Assembly: GCF_000281045.1 (NCBI RefSeq)
Contig: NW_008246081.1
Span: 117,838-181,837, forward strand
Length of the DNA: 64,000 nucleotides
Reading direction: 5' to 3'
From: Saprolegnia diclina VS20
Lineage: Eukaryota
Within the stretch, counting starts at the first letter, position 1; the number at the start of each line of letters is the position of its first letter. The notes beneath the pieces were generated by a model, which was not told where the DNA came from, searched no databases, and saw only the letters and a program-made list of their open reading frames with translations. The position numbers and the translations under genes are program-made. Positions 62,733-64,000 of the stretch are shown in pieces.

Positions 62733-64000
62733 TCAGGCATCCAGTACCTTGGCATTGGCGCGTGCACTCGACGTCTGACCTCGCCGCTGGAGCCACTTGT
62801 TCTTAGTGACAGGGCTCTTCGTCGCCTTCTCGTCTTCCTCTTCCTTCTCCCGCGCCTCGACAAACTTGGCAAACTGCTTGGTCTTGGGACTCGCCTTCGC
62901 TGGACTCGAACCCACGCGCTTGGCGGGCGATGCGGAATAGAATGAGGTTTCAGAAATCGACGTTGACGCTGGGCGCTTGCTGCCCGCCGGTGGCAGCCGC
63001 CGCAAGTTCACGCCTAATGAGCGAGGTGCACGGCCAGGGCCGAGCGACTCGAGCACACTCTTCTTGGGGATCGACCAGTCGTCGTCGTTGGGGTCGATCG
63101 TTTCGGGATCGGGCTCCAGATGCACTTTGAATGGTTTCTTGGCGGGCCGCGCGTCACACTCGTCCGAGACGCGCTTGGTGCTTGTCTTGACCGGCGGGGA
63201 ATCGTCAATGTTTGCGAAGGCTGGCTTGTGCTCGGGTTTCTTCATCGGCGGTCGTGGCAGCTGACGTGGCGGGCACGGGCTGCTGTTTTGGGACGATTGG
63301 ATACGGTTGCTTGATAGCCCAGAAGCGATGAGGTCATCCATCGTGAAGAGGACTTCTTCAGTCTTCTTGGTCTTGGCCGGCGTCATCGGGAGCTCGCTCT
63401 TGAAAAAATCCTCGGCCATTGCGTCCAGCTTCTTTGCGGCCTTCTTGGCGGGCGTCAACGGCTTGGAAAACTCGGAGAACGTCTTATTTGGAGGCACGAC
63501 AGCGACGTCCTTGTCCTTGCGCTCTGTCTTGGGTCCGAGGGGCTTGAAGAACTTGCTGATGTTGGCTGTCTCGGGCGCGCGGTTCTTCTTTTGCTTCTCG
63601 CGCTTGGCTTCCTTTGCAGGCTTCTCGCCATAGACGGCCGCATACGAGTCCTTGATGACCTATGCATGGTTGAAGCCACGAGTCGCTGCAGTCTTCTCGC
63701 CGTACGTTCTTCATTGCCGCCTTGAGGATCGTGCTGGCGTTCTGCGCTGTCCGGTGCTTCCCGGGGAACATCGTAAACGTGTAGACCTTGCGCCACATGC
63801 CCTCGGGACGCTCGATCGCGTTGCCGTCCGCGTCCTGCACGCGCTTGATCATCGAGTCCTGCGTCAGACTACGCGCATGTAGTTGCACACGTCGCGCCGA
63901 TGTCGAGAACGTACATGTCGTTGCTCACAATGCTGATCGGGTACTCGTGCTTGGTGTCGCTGCGGATGCGCACGACTAGCACCATGCCATGAACTCCTCC
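62733..64000 (-). CDS. 3' part of an uncharacterised protein with Lys/Pro/Ser-rich disordered C-terminus (5' end beyond the window)
   Basis: Coding-like frames joined by short introns (~63659-63708, ~63870-63913): GMVLVVRIRSDTKHEYP..MWRKVYTFTMFPGKHRT..NISKFFKP..NAKVLDA*. No family recognised. Confidence 0.65.

Noticed and set aside
1..64000. tRNA, rRNA and snRNA genes
   Set aside because: No convincing cloverleaf or conserved RNA motif recognised by eye; a tRNAscan-SE/Rfam scan would be needed to exclude them.

Overview
Eukaryotic, GC-rich, gene-dense genomic DNA with short GT-AG introns (mostly 41-65 nt) and oomycete INR/FPR-type core promoters. The gene content suggests an oomycete, probably Saprolegniales; that assignment is an inference. 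There is one assembly gap (N, 2556-2992) and about 18 protein-coding genes. Recognisable genes are a GRDP/DUF1399-like protein, a G8/CEMIP-TMEM2-like secreted beta-helix protein, TMEM131, Gemin2, an oomycete CCCH-type putative regulator, a DUF1772 protein, a kinesin, holocytochrome c synthase, a tepsin-like VHS+PDZ protein, a mucin-stalk multi-TM protein, STT3, proteasome alpha-4, an EF-hand/IQ/RCC1/PA protein, PP2C, FAB1/PIKfyve and a TKL kinase. The standout is a ~5,100-aa secreted protein (38935-54575, minus strand, 8 exons). It is built from ~20 repeats resembling bacterial giant-adhesin beta-sandwich units, with other modules nested inside them: beta-propeller-like arrays, two degenerate YHYH domains, a split F-type lectin domain, a P-domain-like unit and an EF-hand. 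An 857-bp non-autonomous hAT-type transposon with 18-bp TIRs and an 8-bp TSD lies at 41-897. All domain calls come from recognising motifs by eye; no database searches were run.
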